Source: an uncultured bacterium (GTDB taxonomy: Bacteria; Margulisbacteria; WOR-1; CAVSGV01). From it: 64,000 bases of DNA. Position 1 is the stretch's first letter; the number at the start of each line of letters is the position of its first letter. The DNA is taken from contig OY969425.1 of assembly GCA_963699255.1 (NCBI GenBank), positions 935,112 through 999,111 on the forward strand, written 5' to 3'. The position numbers and the translations under genes are program-made. This document shows, piece after piece, positions 10,107 to 18,412 of the stretch. A model generated the notes under the pieces. It saw nothing but the letters and a program-made list of their open reading frames with translations. It was not told the origin of the DNA and did not search any database.

Positions 10107-10367
10107 ATGATATATGATTATGATGGAATCGCAAATAAGCTGAAGGCGCTCGGACATCCGGTAAGGCTGAAAATAGCCAAGGGGCTGTTTAAAGACGGAT
10201 GTAACGTTAACAAGATCGTGGAAGAGCTAAAACTGCCGCAATCGACGATCTCGCAGCATATCACGATATTAAAGAATGCCGGGATAATAGCGGGGGTAAG
10301 GAACGGGGTAAAGATATGTTATAAGGTAGTTGACAGGTTTACTCAACAATTATTAAAGGGGGTATGA
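10107..10367 (+). CDS. ArsR/SmtB-family transcriptional regulator
   Basis: LKALGHPVRLKIAKGL...CNVNKIVEELKLPQSTISQHITILKNAGII is the ArsR HTH. Start moved to the internal ATG at 10107 because the tracked ORF start (9990) overlaps the promoter. Confidence 0.75.
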   Translation: MIYDYDGIANKLKALGHPVRLKIAKGLFKDGCNVNKIVEELKLPQSTISQHITILKNAGIIAGVRNGVKICYKVVDRFTQQLLKGV

Positions 10368-10370
10368 ATA

Positions 10371-10694
10371 ATGGGTACAGTAAAAAATATAACAGATAAC
10401 GATTTTGATGCGGAAGTTGGAGCCAGTAAAGGCATTACATTGGTGGATTTTTGGGCTCCGTGGTGCGGACCGTGCAAAATGATGGCGCTGGTATATGAAA
10501 AGGCAGCTGAGAAATTCAATAAAATAAAGTTCTGCAAGATCAACACCGATGAAAACCCTATTAAACCAGGGCAGTCGGATATATCTGGTATCCCATGTAT
10601 CGTGGTTTATAAAGACGGGAAAGAGATCGACCGCCTTATAGGCTTTCGCGAGCAGAAGAATTTTGAATCTGCACTGATGCGGTTAGATAAATAG
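10371..10694 (+). CDS. Thioredoxin
   Basis: 107 aa; WAPWCGPCKMMA active site with thioredoxin-fold spacing. Confidence 0.85.
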   Translation: MGTVKNITDNDFDAEVGASKGITLVDFWAPWCGPCKMMALVYEKAAEKFNKIKFCKINTDENPIKPGQSDISGIPCIVVYKDGKEIDRLIGFREQKNFESALMRLDK

Positions 10695-10703
10695 GATCTA
10701 ATT

Positions 10704-10883
10704 ATGCCAAAAGTAGTTAACTATCTTTGTCCCCAGAATCATCCATGTCCATGCGTGCCTGTATGCCCAGTAAAGGCTATAACCCAGAAGGGCTATGATG
10801 CTCCTGTCATAGATATGTCCATATGCACAAAATGCGAGAAATGCGTAAAAGTATGCCCTATGGGAGCGGTCCAAAAGGACTGA
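10704..10883 (+). CDS. Small ferredoxin-like Cys-rich protein (59 aa)
   Basis: Not in the ORF track; translation MPKVVNYLCPQNHPCPCVPVCPVKAITQKGYDAPVIDMSICTKCEKCVKVCPMGAVQKD contains CxxCxxCxxxCP. Confidence 0.45.
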   Translation: MPKVVNYLCPQNHPCPCVPVCPVKAITQKGYDAPVIDMSICTKCEKCVKVCPMGAVQKD

Positions 10884-10891
10884 TATAAACC

Positions 10892-11458
10892 ATGCATTTA
10901 TTTGATACAAAAAGGCTGGAGCATCTGGACGATCCGCAAAGAACAGCGCAGATCCCCGTGAAAAAGATCGCCCTGGAACTGGGACTGAAAGACGGAATGT
11001 CGGTGGCAGATATTGGGTGCGGCTCCGGTCTTTTCAGCTATGCTTTTGCTGAATATGTTAATCCTCACGGCAAACTGGTCGGTTTTGATATTCAGCAGGC
11101 GTGCATCGACCATTGTGAGAAGAAAAAAACCCCAGCGCATAAGCATGTTTCATTTGTTTTGAATGGATCGGACAGGATAGGAGCAAAGGATGGCAGTTTT
11201 GACGCGGCTGTAATGATAGTGGTGGCGCATGAACTGCCCGAGCCTCAAAAATTCTTTCATGAAGTAGCGAGGATATTAAAGCCGGGAGGCAGGCTGGCGC
11301 TTATAGAATGGCAGATGGCGCAGACAAAGAACGGCCCCGACCTGAGCGAGCGGATAGCTCCTGATACACTTGAGAAGCTTCTCAATGAAGCCGAGTTCAG
11401 TATTGTTAAAAATGAAGTTCCCAGTGAAAACCATTATATGATCATTGCTCAAAAATAG
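10892..11458 (+). CDS. Class I SAM-dependent methyltransferase
   Basis: VADIGCGSGLFS motif I; 188 aa. Confidence 0.75.
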   Translation: MHLFDTKRLEHLDDPQRTAQIPVKKIALELGLKDGMSVADIGCGSGLFSYAFAEYVNPHGKLVGFDIQQACIDHCEKKKTPAHKHVSFVLNGSDRIGAKDGSFDAAVMIVVAHELPEPQKFFHEVARILKPGGRLALIEWQMAQTKNGPDLSERIAPDTLEKLLNEAEFSIVKNEVPSENHYMIIAQK

Positions 11459-11479
11459 AATATTCAAGGGAGGTGACAT

Positions 11480-11680
11480 ATGGTAAATAATATGGGTTTA
11501 ATGGACAGGGTAATCAGGGTCATACTGGCTTTAGTCGTTATAGCACTATATTGTCTGAAGATGATATCCGGACTAGCTGCCATTATACTTGGGGTGATTG
11601 CCGCAATTTTTATTGTCACAGGTTGTATAGGTTATTGTCCGCTATATCAGTTAATCGGGATCTCCTCAAAGGGAAAGTAA
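11480..11680 (+). CDS. DUF2892-family small membrane protein
   Basis: 66 aa; RVIRVILALVVIAL...GCIGYCPLYQLIGIS matches the YgaP-like DUF2892 pattern. Confidence 0.65.
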   Translation: MVNNMGLMDRVIRVILALVVIALYCLKMISGLAAIILGVIAAIFIVTGCIGYCPLYQLIGISSKGK

Positions 11681-11686
11681 TAATAA

Positions 11687-11736
11687 GGGCTATGTTTTGG
11701 AAATGATCTCATCACATAGCCCTTTCGTTTGTTTTT
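11687..11736 (+). terminator. Putative intrinsic terminator after the DUF2892 gene
   Basis: Stem GGGCTATG...CATAGCCC with a 20-nt loop followed by TTTCGTTTGTTTTT. Confidence 0.35.
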
Positions 11737-11870
11737 CCCAATCTAACATTCACCTGCTGTATCTGACGTTTCTGAGGTTATAATCGCCCGTCTTGTAGCT
11801 GGTTTATAAGGAATTTGGCTTATTTTCAGGGAAATAGTGATAGTAGGGCGGGTAAGTTCCAACCAAGACA

Positions 11871-11958
11871 AAATCCCTCCCCCGCTACCTCTTTTATGCT
11901 TCAGTTACGTAGTAGCCAAGGTTCTCCCGCCAAAGGCGGGAAAATCCTACCCCCGCTA
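11871..11958 (+). repeat. Composite att-like repeat copy B: variant 17-mer, 43-bp block, hairpin, 17-mer
   Basis: AAATCCCTCCCCCGCTA at 11871-11887, shared block at 11888-11930 (one or two mismatches to copy A), AAATCCTACCCCCGCTA at 11942-11958. Confidence 0.7.
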
Positions 11959-12025
11959 TTTAACATGATATCATCGAGGGGCGGATCTTAAGATCGTTCC
12001 GCTAAAGTCAAAGACCGCTTGTTTG

Positions 12026-12664
12026 TTACTTATAAAGTATTGATATTCTTGGATAATATTGAGCATTACTATAATCCCAAAGATTGGTCCTGTTGATCGT
12101 TGATGGACCAGATGTACCATATGGGAATACTTTGACCCCATTGTTCGCGGCCGCACCATCGAACCAATCCCGGACAAGCGATGTTACATCGAAATAATTC
12201 CATCCCACAGCAGTGCTGTTTATATAAGAAGCGTTAACCGAACTGATGGAGGGCTCATTGGTCGCGGATATGGCGGCCTTTTGCCAAGCGCCGGTCACCT
12301 GAGTGATAGTTGTTGTACAGCTGGCATCAAAGGTGGTTATATATATGTTCAGGGAAGCGCTTTCTATCGAAACACCCGAGGGGATCTGCGGCATATAGAA
12401 TTGAATATAAACCTCTTCTTTTAATGAAGTGCCACCACCAGCATAGGAATACCATAGATATTCTAAAGTTCCCGTCCCATATGTTGTACCATAATCAACA
12501 ATTCCGCTACTATTGCTAAAACTAGTGAATGCGCTTTGCTCTACGGTAGCAGTTGCAGTGTGCGTCGGCGGGACCGTTGTATTATTGGAGCCTGTCGGGT
12601 TCCCGCAACCGGATACAACAAGTAATAATGCGAACAGTAAAGAAACAAAGAAAGCCTTTTTCAT
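12026..12664 (-). CDS. Secreted lipoprotein, unknown function
   Basis: Signal peptide with lipobox LLVVSGCG; Thr/Ser-rich linker; start taken at M13 of the tracked ORF. Confidence 0.55.
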   Translation of the reverse strand: MKKAFFVSLLFALLLVVSGCGNPTGSNNTTVPPTHTATATVEQSAFTSFSNSSGIVDYGTTYGTGTLEYLWYSYAGGGTSLKEEVYIQFYMPQIPSGVSIESASLNIYITTFDASCTTTITQVTGAWQKAAISATNEPSISSVNASYINSTAVGWNYFDVTSLVRDWFDGAAANNGVKVFPYGTSGPSTINRTNLWDYSNAQYYPRISILYK

Positions 12665-12911
12665 TTTTAACGCCTTTATATTAGGCTGATTTGTTTGCAA
12701 TGATGCCGCAAGCTGATTTATATTTTATCATTTTTATCTTATATTGATATAAAATTGATTCCGTCATATCCCCGACACCTGTCCGACCGTTGCGCCGCCG
12801 AATATTAGGACCGGCTTCCCCTAATTTTATTCTAATAATATATTAATGTATTTTTAACCGTTACAATGTAATATGTTTATGGCTTGAAAGATCCCCGATA
12901 AGGAGGAAATC

Positions 12912-13847
12912 ATGGAAAAGAAAATGGTCTTTTTGGTCCTTCTCCTGGCTATGGTCGCATTGGCAGGGTGCGGTTCACAATCCACTTCAACTTCTTCAAG
13001 TTCCGGAACTTCATTAAATGACGCGATAAACTCTGACCCTGGCCTTTTTGAAGCAGGCAGTTCAGACCCGAGTACCGGTGACAACACTTCAAGCGTTGGT
13101 TCCCCGTTCAGCATCATGATGCCCCCTTATCATAGATGTAATTCCTGGTACAGGGCATTTACTGATATAAGCCCGATAACGATCACTATCATAACGCAAG
13201 AAGCTTCATCATCCGCGGTGATCGAAGTGACCAGAGAGGCTGACGGGATATTATATGGCAGGATGGCTTCATCAACTGAAGCTGCCACCTCAGAAGCCTT
13301 CACTCAGGACTTCACGCGGTATATCACTCTTGTTGCATCTAACGATGCCTGGCGGATAAAGAAGGTGACTCAGGGTATCGCTCGATCAACGGCAAATACT
13401 TCCAGCACATCCATGACATCGGACGTCACCATCGATTCCGTATCCATATATGACGTAACCTCCGGCATAACCTTTGAAATTACTTCAGCTCCATCAGCCG
13501 AAGGGCCATGGATCGATTATGAAACCATCGCGACGACAGAACCTGGCCACAATTTAGTTGTAACGGCTGTTGTTGAACCTAATGCTCACGGGCAACCTTT
13601 GGTGTTCATTTGGCCGAGAATGGATGAAGCCCTAGCCCTATCGCCCTTATTTCACAGGCGTCAATTCCCCTCTCCCACCGGCTCTACTTACACAACATCA
13701 ATTACGGTACCAAGTGCAAGTGTTGTTCACAAAGAAAAAAAGCGGATGATCATAGGCGCTTTTGACACGGGGACTCTGGCTTCGGGCGAGGCGCTGGGAG
13801 CCTACGATTTTACGAGCTGGCATATTCCAGTTAAAGTAGTTAAATAA
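12912..13847 (+). CDS. Secreted lipoprotein, unknown function
   Basis: Signal peptide MEKKMVFLVLLLAMVALAGCGS with lipobox; Ser/Thr-rich linker. Confidence 0.55.
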   Translation: MEKKMVFLVLLLAMVALAGCGSQSTSTSSSSGTSLNDAINSDPGLFEAGSSDPSTGDNTSSVGSPFSIMMPPYHRCNSWYRAFTDISPITITIITQEASSSAVIEVTREADGILYGRMASSTEAATSEAFTQDFTRYITLVASNDAWRIKKVTQGIARSTANTSSTSMTSDVTIDSVSIYDVTSGITFEITSAPSAEGPWIDYETIATTEPGHNLVVTAVVEPNAHGQPLVFIWPRMDEALALSPLFHRRQFPSPTGSTYTTSITVPSASVVHKEKKRMIIGAFDTGTLASGEALGAYDFTSWHIPVKVVK

Positions 13848-13909
13848 AAACTCACAGGAACAGGCCTGGATATGATACAATCCTCCCCGGGTAAAAAGGA
13901 GCGTGCGAC

Positions 13910-14959
13910 ATGAAAAACAGGCGGTATGTTCCGGTCATAGCAGCTCTCCTGGTCCTCTGTTCAATGGCTTTCCTTTACGGCTGCGGATCGGCTTCTACAA
14001 GCGGCGGAGGAGGCTCAAGCACCAGTCCCTGGATATATGTCGGCGCATCGATCGACAACGCCGTATCGATAATTGACGGCTCGAACAATACTCTAGCTGG
14101 AACGATAGAACTCGCGCCAAGGAAGCCGTATCATATCGCGGCATCCGGGGACGGGAAGCATCTCTATGTTTCCACGGACAGCCTTGAAGTCGTCGTGATA
14201 GACACTGCCACCAATACGATATCCGGCCTTATCACTTCAGACGCCGTTACGCAGTCTTACGGCATGACGGTTTCCGCGAACGGCAAGTTCCTTTATTTCA
14301 CCAGATTCAATGACAGCAAGCTCGTGAGAGCCTACCTGAAAAGCTCTCCTGTAACTTGCGAGGTATCGAGCACCACCGCCACCGGGACGCCTCTGGGGAT
14401 CGTTCTGGCCGATGATGATGAAAAATGCATCGTTGGCGAATATCAAAACCTTGAATTTTTCAAAAATACCACATTCACTATTGACGGCACGCTGAATTAT
14501 CCGGGCTGCGACCTGTATTCCGTGGCCGTTAAGAACGGATCGGTCTATGTTCCGCGAACAAGCGGAGCTTATGACGTCGTGATCGCTGATCCGACCAACG
14601 AAGTTCAGCTCGGCCTGATAACGCCCGAAGGCTCGACCTTTTTATTGGGGATAGTTTCCATTCCCGGGAAGAACAAGCTCTATGTAAGCCAGGATACGAC
14701 CCCCGGCAAGATAAATATCATTGACACGTCCCCCGTACCGACGTTTGAAGCTACCATGATAACCGGGGAGGCGGTTAGCAGCATGCCGGTCCCCACATAC
14801 ATGGCGGCTACGGCTGACGGAAGATACGTATATGTTTATGATACGTCAACTCACGATCGGGTCTGTGTCGTTGACACCAGCACGGATAAGGTCATAAAAA
14901 CTATACCCGTCAATAAAGGCGCGGGTATTTATAATAATCCAGTAATTATCTATAAATAA
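13910..14959 (+). CDS. Lipoprotein with YVTN-type beta-propeller repeats
   Basis: Lipobox LYGCGS; repeated units such as YVSTDSLEVVVIDTATNTI and YVYDTSTHDRVCVVDTSTDKVIKTIPV. Confidence 0.6.
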   Translation: MKNRRYVPVIAALLVLCSMAFLYGCGSASTSGGGGSSTSPWIYVGASIDNAVSIIDGSNNTLAGTIELAPRKPYHIAASGDGKHLYVSTDSLEVVVIDTATNTISGLITSDAVTQSYGMTVSANGKFLYFTRFNDSKLVRAYLKSSPVTCEVSSTTATGTPLGIVLADDDEKCIVGEYQNLEFFKNTTFTIDGTLNYPGCDLYSVAVKNGSVYVPRTSGAYDVVIADPTNEVQLGLITPEGSTFLLGIVSIPGKNKLYVSQDTTPGKINIIDTSPVPTFEATMITGEAVSSMPVPTYMAATADGRYVYVYDTSTHDRVCVVDTSTDKVIKTIPVNKGAGIYNNPVIIYK

Positions 14960-15073
14960 CTTACTCCAATGCCGATCGTTGCCGCGGGAAGATAATTGCT
15001 GATGGGCTCCGCGATCGAATATTGCTTTACGGGACGGAATAATATAATATTACGGCGAAAGGGTGATCATCAC

Positions 15074-15952
15074 ATGAAACGCTTTATATTAAAATATATT
15101 TCCTGCATCGTTCTTGTCGCCTTTGTTTCCGTCTGCCTTATAAATCCCTCTCCCGTACGCGCGGCGGCCAACACCGGGACGCTGAAGATATTCTCCGAGG
15201 TAAAGGGCATTGACCTGTTTATTGACGAGCAGCCGCAGGGCAAGGACAAGGCCGAAATAAACGACGTCCAGGTCGGCAGCCATTACGTAAAAGCGGTAAA
15301 AGACGGCGCGACCATATACAGCGAGCTTATAACCGTTGCCGCCGGAGCGACCACCACGATACTTATCAAGGACACGGGCCAGGTGAAAGAGAAGGTCCTG
15401 GAGAGCAAATACAAGGAGCAGCAGGAATACAAGAGCAAGAAGATCGACATACTCCTGAGCAAAGGCATGCAGACCGTGGGGACGGCCTACACAAGCAGCA
15501 ATTATTTCCCGGGATACTACTCGATATTCGGCTCCGGCTGGACCACTTCTTCTTCGTCGACGGCGTATGAGACCACCGACTGGAAGATAATACAGGGAGG
15601 CGTGCAGGAGATATCCGATGTCCAGTTCGCGTCGCTGGTGAACGACAGTGACGCGTTGAAAGTGAACAAGGATGCCTGGGATACTTACAATAATAATGTC
15701 GTCATATTCGGGGTCATAGGTTTGGTCGGAATAGTTGCCACTGTTGCAGGATTGGGCACCGCCGGAGATTCCGGCGCCGCAGTGGCTGCCGTCGGTATCG
15801 CTGCCGCAGTAATAGGCTGCGGCGTATGTTTGGGTGCTAAGGAACCGAGCGGGCATCTGACAAGCCCGGGCGATGCCGCGAAAAAAGCATATGAGTACAA
15901 CCAGGGCCTGAAAAAGCAGCTTGGACTGCCCGAGGATTACGAGCCGCAGTAA
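15074..15952 (+). CDS. PEGA-domain protein with C-terminal transmembrane segment
   Basis: Signal peptide starting MKRFILKY (M27 of the tracked ORF); TGTLKIFSEVKGIDLFIDEQPQGK...VQVGSHYVKAVKDG resembles a PEGA domain; Gly/Ala-rich TM near the C-terminus. Confidence 0.5.
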   Translation: MKRFILKYISCIVLVAFVSVCLINPSPVRAAANTGTLKIFSEVKGIDLFIDEQPQGKDKAEINDVQVGSHYVKAVKDGATIYSELITVAAGATTTILIKDTGQVKEKVLESKYKEQQEYKSKKIDILLSKGMQTVGTAYTSSNYFPGYYSIFGSGWTTSSSSTAYETTDWKIIQGGVQEISDVQFASLVNDSDALKVNKDAWDTYNNNVVIFGVIGLVGIVATVAGLGTAGDSGAAVAAVGIAAAVIGCGVCLGAKEPSGHLTSPGDAAKKAYEYNQGLKKQLGLPEDYEPQ

Positions 15953-15954
15953 AG

Positions 15955-16035
15955 TAGAGATCAGAGACTGGAGACCAGAGATCGGAATAAGATCCAGGAT
16001 TTCTGATTTCTAATCTCTGATCTCTAATCTCTAAG
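15955..16035. repeat. Low-complexity imperfect palindrome (AGAGATC / GATCTCT motifs)
   Basis: AGAGATCAGAGA at the left and its reverse complement TCTCTGATCTCT at the right; shares the 19-mer CTCTGATCTCTAATCTCT with 30805-30823. Confidence 0.6.
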
Positions 16036-16043
16036 GATTTCTC

Positions 16044-16856
16044 ATGAACAAAAGCCCTGAACATAAATGGAACGCCGCCGACTACGCCGGTAATTCTTCG
16101 GCGCAGGCCAGGTGGGGGCGCGATCTTATCGCCAAACTCGAACTGCGGGGGGGCGAATCCGTCCTGGACATCGGCTGCGGCGACGGAAAGCTTACCGCCG
16201 CGCTTGCAAAGCAGCTTCCCAAAGGTTTCGTTCTGGGTGTGGATAATTCTATAGAGATGATCCGGTTTGCCAGGAAAAATTTCCCCTCTGATGGATTCCC
16301 CAACCTTTCTTTCAAGGTATGCGACGCGCGCAAGTTGAACTTTTCAAAAAAGTTCGACCTTGTGGTTTCTTTTTCCACTCTTCATTGGGTGAAAGACCAC
16401 ATGCCGGTACTCAAGAGAATTCTGCTCAGCCTTAAACCGGGAGGCAAGGCGCTCCTGCAGTTCGGAGGAAAAGGCAATGCCGCAGATATTTTAGCCGTTA
16501 CCGATGATGTCATTGCTGGCGGCAAATGGAAAAAACATTTCCGCCGTTTTATCTTTCCCTGGCATTTTTATGAGCCGAAAGAATACGGCGTTTGGGTAAA
16601 GGAGGCCGGTTTAAAGCCGAAGCGGATCGAGCTTGTTGAAAAAGACATGGTCCAGGAGGGCAAGGAAGGCCTTATCGGCTGGTGCAGGACGACGTGGCTG
16701 CCTTATGTCAGCCGCGTTCCGGCAGGTTTGCAGGATGAATTCCTGGCCGAGGTCGTTGATCGATATCTGGAGCGTTATCCGCTGGATGAAAACGGCCGCG
16801 CCCATGTTAAAATGCAGAGGCTGGAAGTGGAAGCATATAAAAAAAGTAAGAAGTGA
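16044..16856 (+). CDS. Class I SAM-dependent methyltransferase (Tam-like)
   Basis: W.AADY...Q..WGRDLI...VLDIGCGDGKLT pattern as in trans-aconitate methyltransferase-like enzymes. Confidence 0.7.
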   Translation: MNKSPEHKWNAADYAGNSSAQARWGRDLIAKLELRGGESVLDIGCGDGKLTAALAKQLPKGFVLGVDNSIEMIRFARKNFPSDGFPNLSFKVCDARKLNFSKKFDLVVSFSTLHWVKDHMPVLKRILLSLKPGGKALLQFGGKGNAADILAVTDDVIAGGKWKKHFRRFIFPWHFYEPKEYGVWVKEAGLKPKRIELVEKDMVQEGKEGLIGWCRTTWLPYVSRVPAGLQDEFLAEVVDRYLERYPLDENGRAHVKMQRLEVEAYKKSKK

Positions 16857-16884
16857 GAAGTTGAAAGGAAGAAGGAAATCGGTA

Positions 16885-17002
16885 CTTCTAACTTCTTCCT
16901 TCTCCCTTACCCCCTGTTCGCATCTCCCATCTCTCATCTCTTCTGTTGTCCCGATGTCCCGATCCGAAAGGCACCGTCTGGGAAATGAGAAAGATAGACT
17001 GA
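16885..17002 (+). repeat. Direct repeat L (~115 bp, pyrimidine-rich) flanking the ORF6N gene
   Basis: CTTCTAACTTCTTCC...CCCGATCCGAAAGGCACCGT(C/A)TGGGAAATGAGAAAGAT; roughly 85% identical to 17650-17759. Confidence 0.7.
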
Positions 17003-17005
17003 GCT

Positions 17006-17530
17006 CTACTCTCTCCCTTTTAGAAACCCGATATTCTTGGCCGTACGGTCCGGCATCTCAATAAGCTCATTTATAGCATCAAACACAGCCTTGAACTGGC
17101 CGTCATATTTTCTCTCAAGCTCTTCGATCTTCCTCCTCAAACCCTCATGACTTGAAAGTAATACTCTCAATTTAGTGAATGTCCGCATGATCTGGATGTT
17201 CACCTGGATAGCTCTTTTGCTTCTCAGGACAGAGGAAAGCATTGCTATCCCCTGTTCGGTAAATGCGAAAGGTTCGGAACCTCCGAAATAAGACTTTGAT
17301 GGTATGCCAAAATGGCAGACCATCTGATCGATCTCTTTTTGGGTCAGAACAAACATGAAATCGTCGGGAAATCTGTCAATATTCCTTTTCACCTGTCTCT
17401 TAAGTTGAAAATTTTCAACCCCATAAAGCGCTGCCAGGTCCTTATCAAGCATTACTTTTTTGCCTCTGAACAGATAAATATTTTTCTCGATAACCTCATG
17501 CGGAACCAGCTCACTTGCCACATTGATCAC
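17006..17530 (-). CDS. ORF6N-domain protein (KilA-N-like, phage antirepressor family)
   Basis: FRGKKVMLDKDLAALYGVENFQLKRQVKRNIDRFPDDFMFVLTQKE is the ORF6N signature; a coiled-coil ORF6C-like tail follows. Confidence 0.75.
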   Translation of the reverse strand: MINVASELVPHEVIEKNIYLFRGKKVMLDKDLAALYGVENFQLKRQVKRNIDRFPDDFMFVLTQKEIDQMVCHFGIPSKSYFGGSEPFAFTEQGIAMLSSVLRSKRAIQVNIQIMRTFTKLRVLLSSHEGLRRKIEELERKYDGQFKAVFDAINELIEMPDRTAKNIGFLKGRE

Positions 17531-17649
17531 CCCGTGGATAGTAGCAGCAATTTTAATTCCGCATATTTTATTCGTATGTAGAGCAAAATCGTGTAGTTAT
17601 TTTTGACAAGAGTAGTAATTCCCGACAGCAGTTCAAATTATACTTATAA

Positions 17650-17759
17650 CTTCTAACTTCTTCCTTTTTCCTTGTCCCTTGCTCCCATCTCACATCTCTC
17701 ACCTCTTCTCCTATCCCGATCCGAAAGGCACCGTATGGGAAATGAGAAAGATCGATTGA
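17650..17759 (+). repeat. Direct repeat R (~110 bp), partner of 16885-17002
   Basis: Same sequence family and same orientation as repeat L on the other side of the ORF6N gene. Confidence 0.7.
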
Positions 17760-17866
17760 TTTTCTTACAGGCAGATATCGTTGCCGGGGAATGTGGATGA
17801 GAAGAAAGTGAAGATTGAGAGGAAAGGAAGTAAAATTATCATCAGATACAATAAAGCTGATTTGTT

Positions 17867-18412
17867 CTAAATATCCACCAAAATGATTTTAACTGGGACT
17901 GACGGGAAATGTCTTTCTAATCTTTCAATATCAAAAACCAGCTGTTCACCATATGACACGCCAGTCGACATATACTTTTGAAGGTTGTGACACGGAACGA
18001 TTTCCACTCCCACATTCGCTCTGTTTGCATTGAAAAAATATTGGAATTTTGCGAGGTCATAAAACATAAAGGGATATTTTCCAAACTGGACTTCAATTAG
18101 AACTTTATCTTTAACAAAATCCACCTGCTTAAATGCTCCGGGGATCTTGATTTTTGAATTTGGAATCGTAAGAACATATTGATCCTTTAATTCCCTAAAG
18201 CCTCTTTTATGGAATGCATCTTTAAACTTTTGATTTAGGTCTTTTGGGGAATAGAGTTTTACACCCATCATAGTTTTTTCTTTGCTTACTTTCGTTTTTG
18301 TAACTTTTGTTATACTTTTAATAACATCATTGATTTCTTTGTTAATAGCAGGAAAAGTAACTTGGAGTATTTCGCTTCCGCCTAAATGAGAATATTCGTA
18401 TACTTTTTTCAT
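17867..18412 (-). CDS. Type II restriction endonuclease, BglII/BstYI-like (probable)
   Basis: 181 aa; QVDFVKDKVLIEVQFGK gives D-x8-E-x-Q spacing like the BglII catalytic triad (from memory); 4-bp overlap with the adjacent methyltransferase. Confidence 0.5.
   Translation of the reverse strand: MKKVYEYSHLGGSEILQVTFPAINKEINDVIKSITKVTKTKVSKEKTMMGVKLYSPKDLNQKFKDAFHKRGFRELKDQYVLTIPNSKIKIPGAFKQVDFVKDKVLIEVQFGKYPFMFYDLAKFQYFFNANRANVGVEIVPCHNLQKYMSTGVSYGEQLVFDIERLERHFPSVPVKIILVDI

Noticed and set aside
15089-15856. 255-aa minus-strand ORF
   Set aside because: Antisense to the PEGA gene, with low-complexity Arg/Gly-rich translation.
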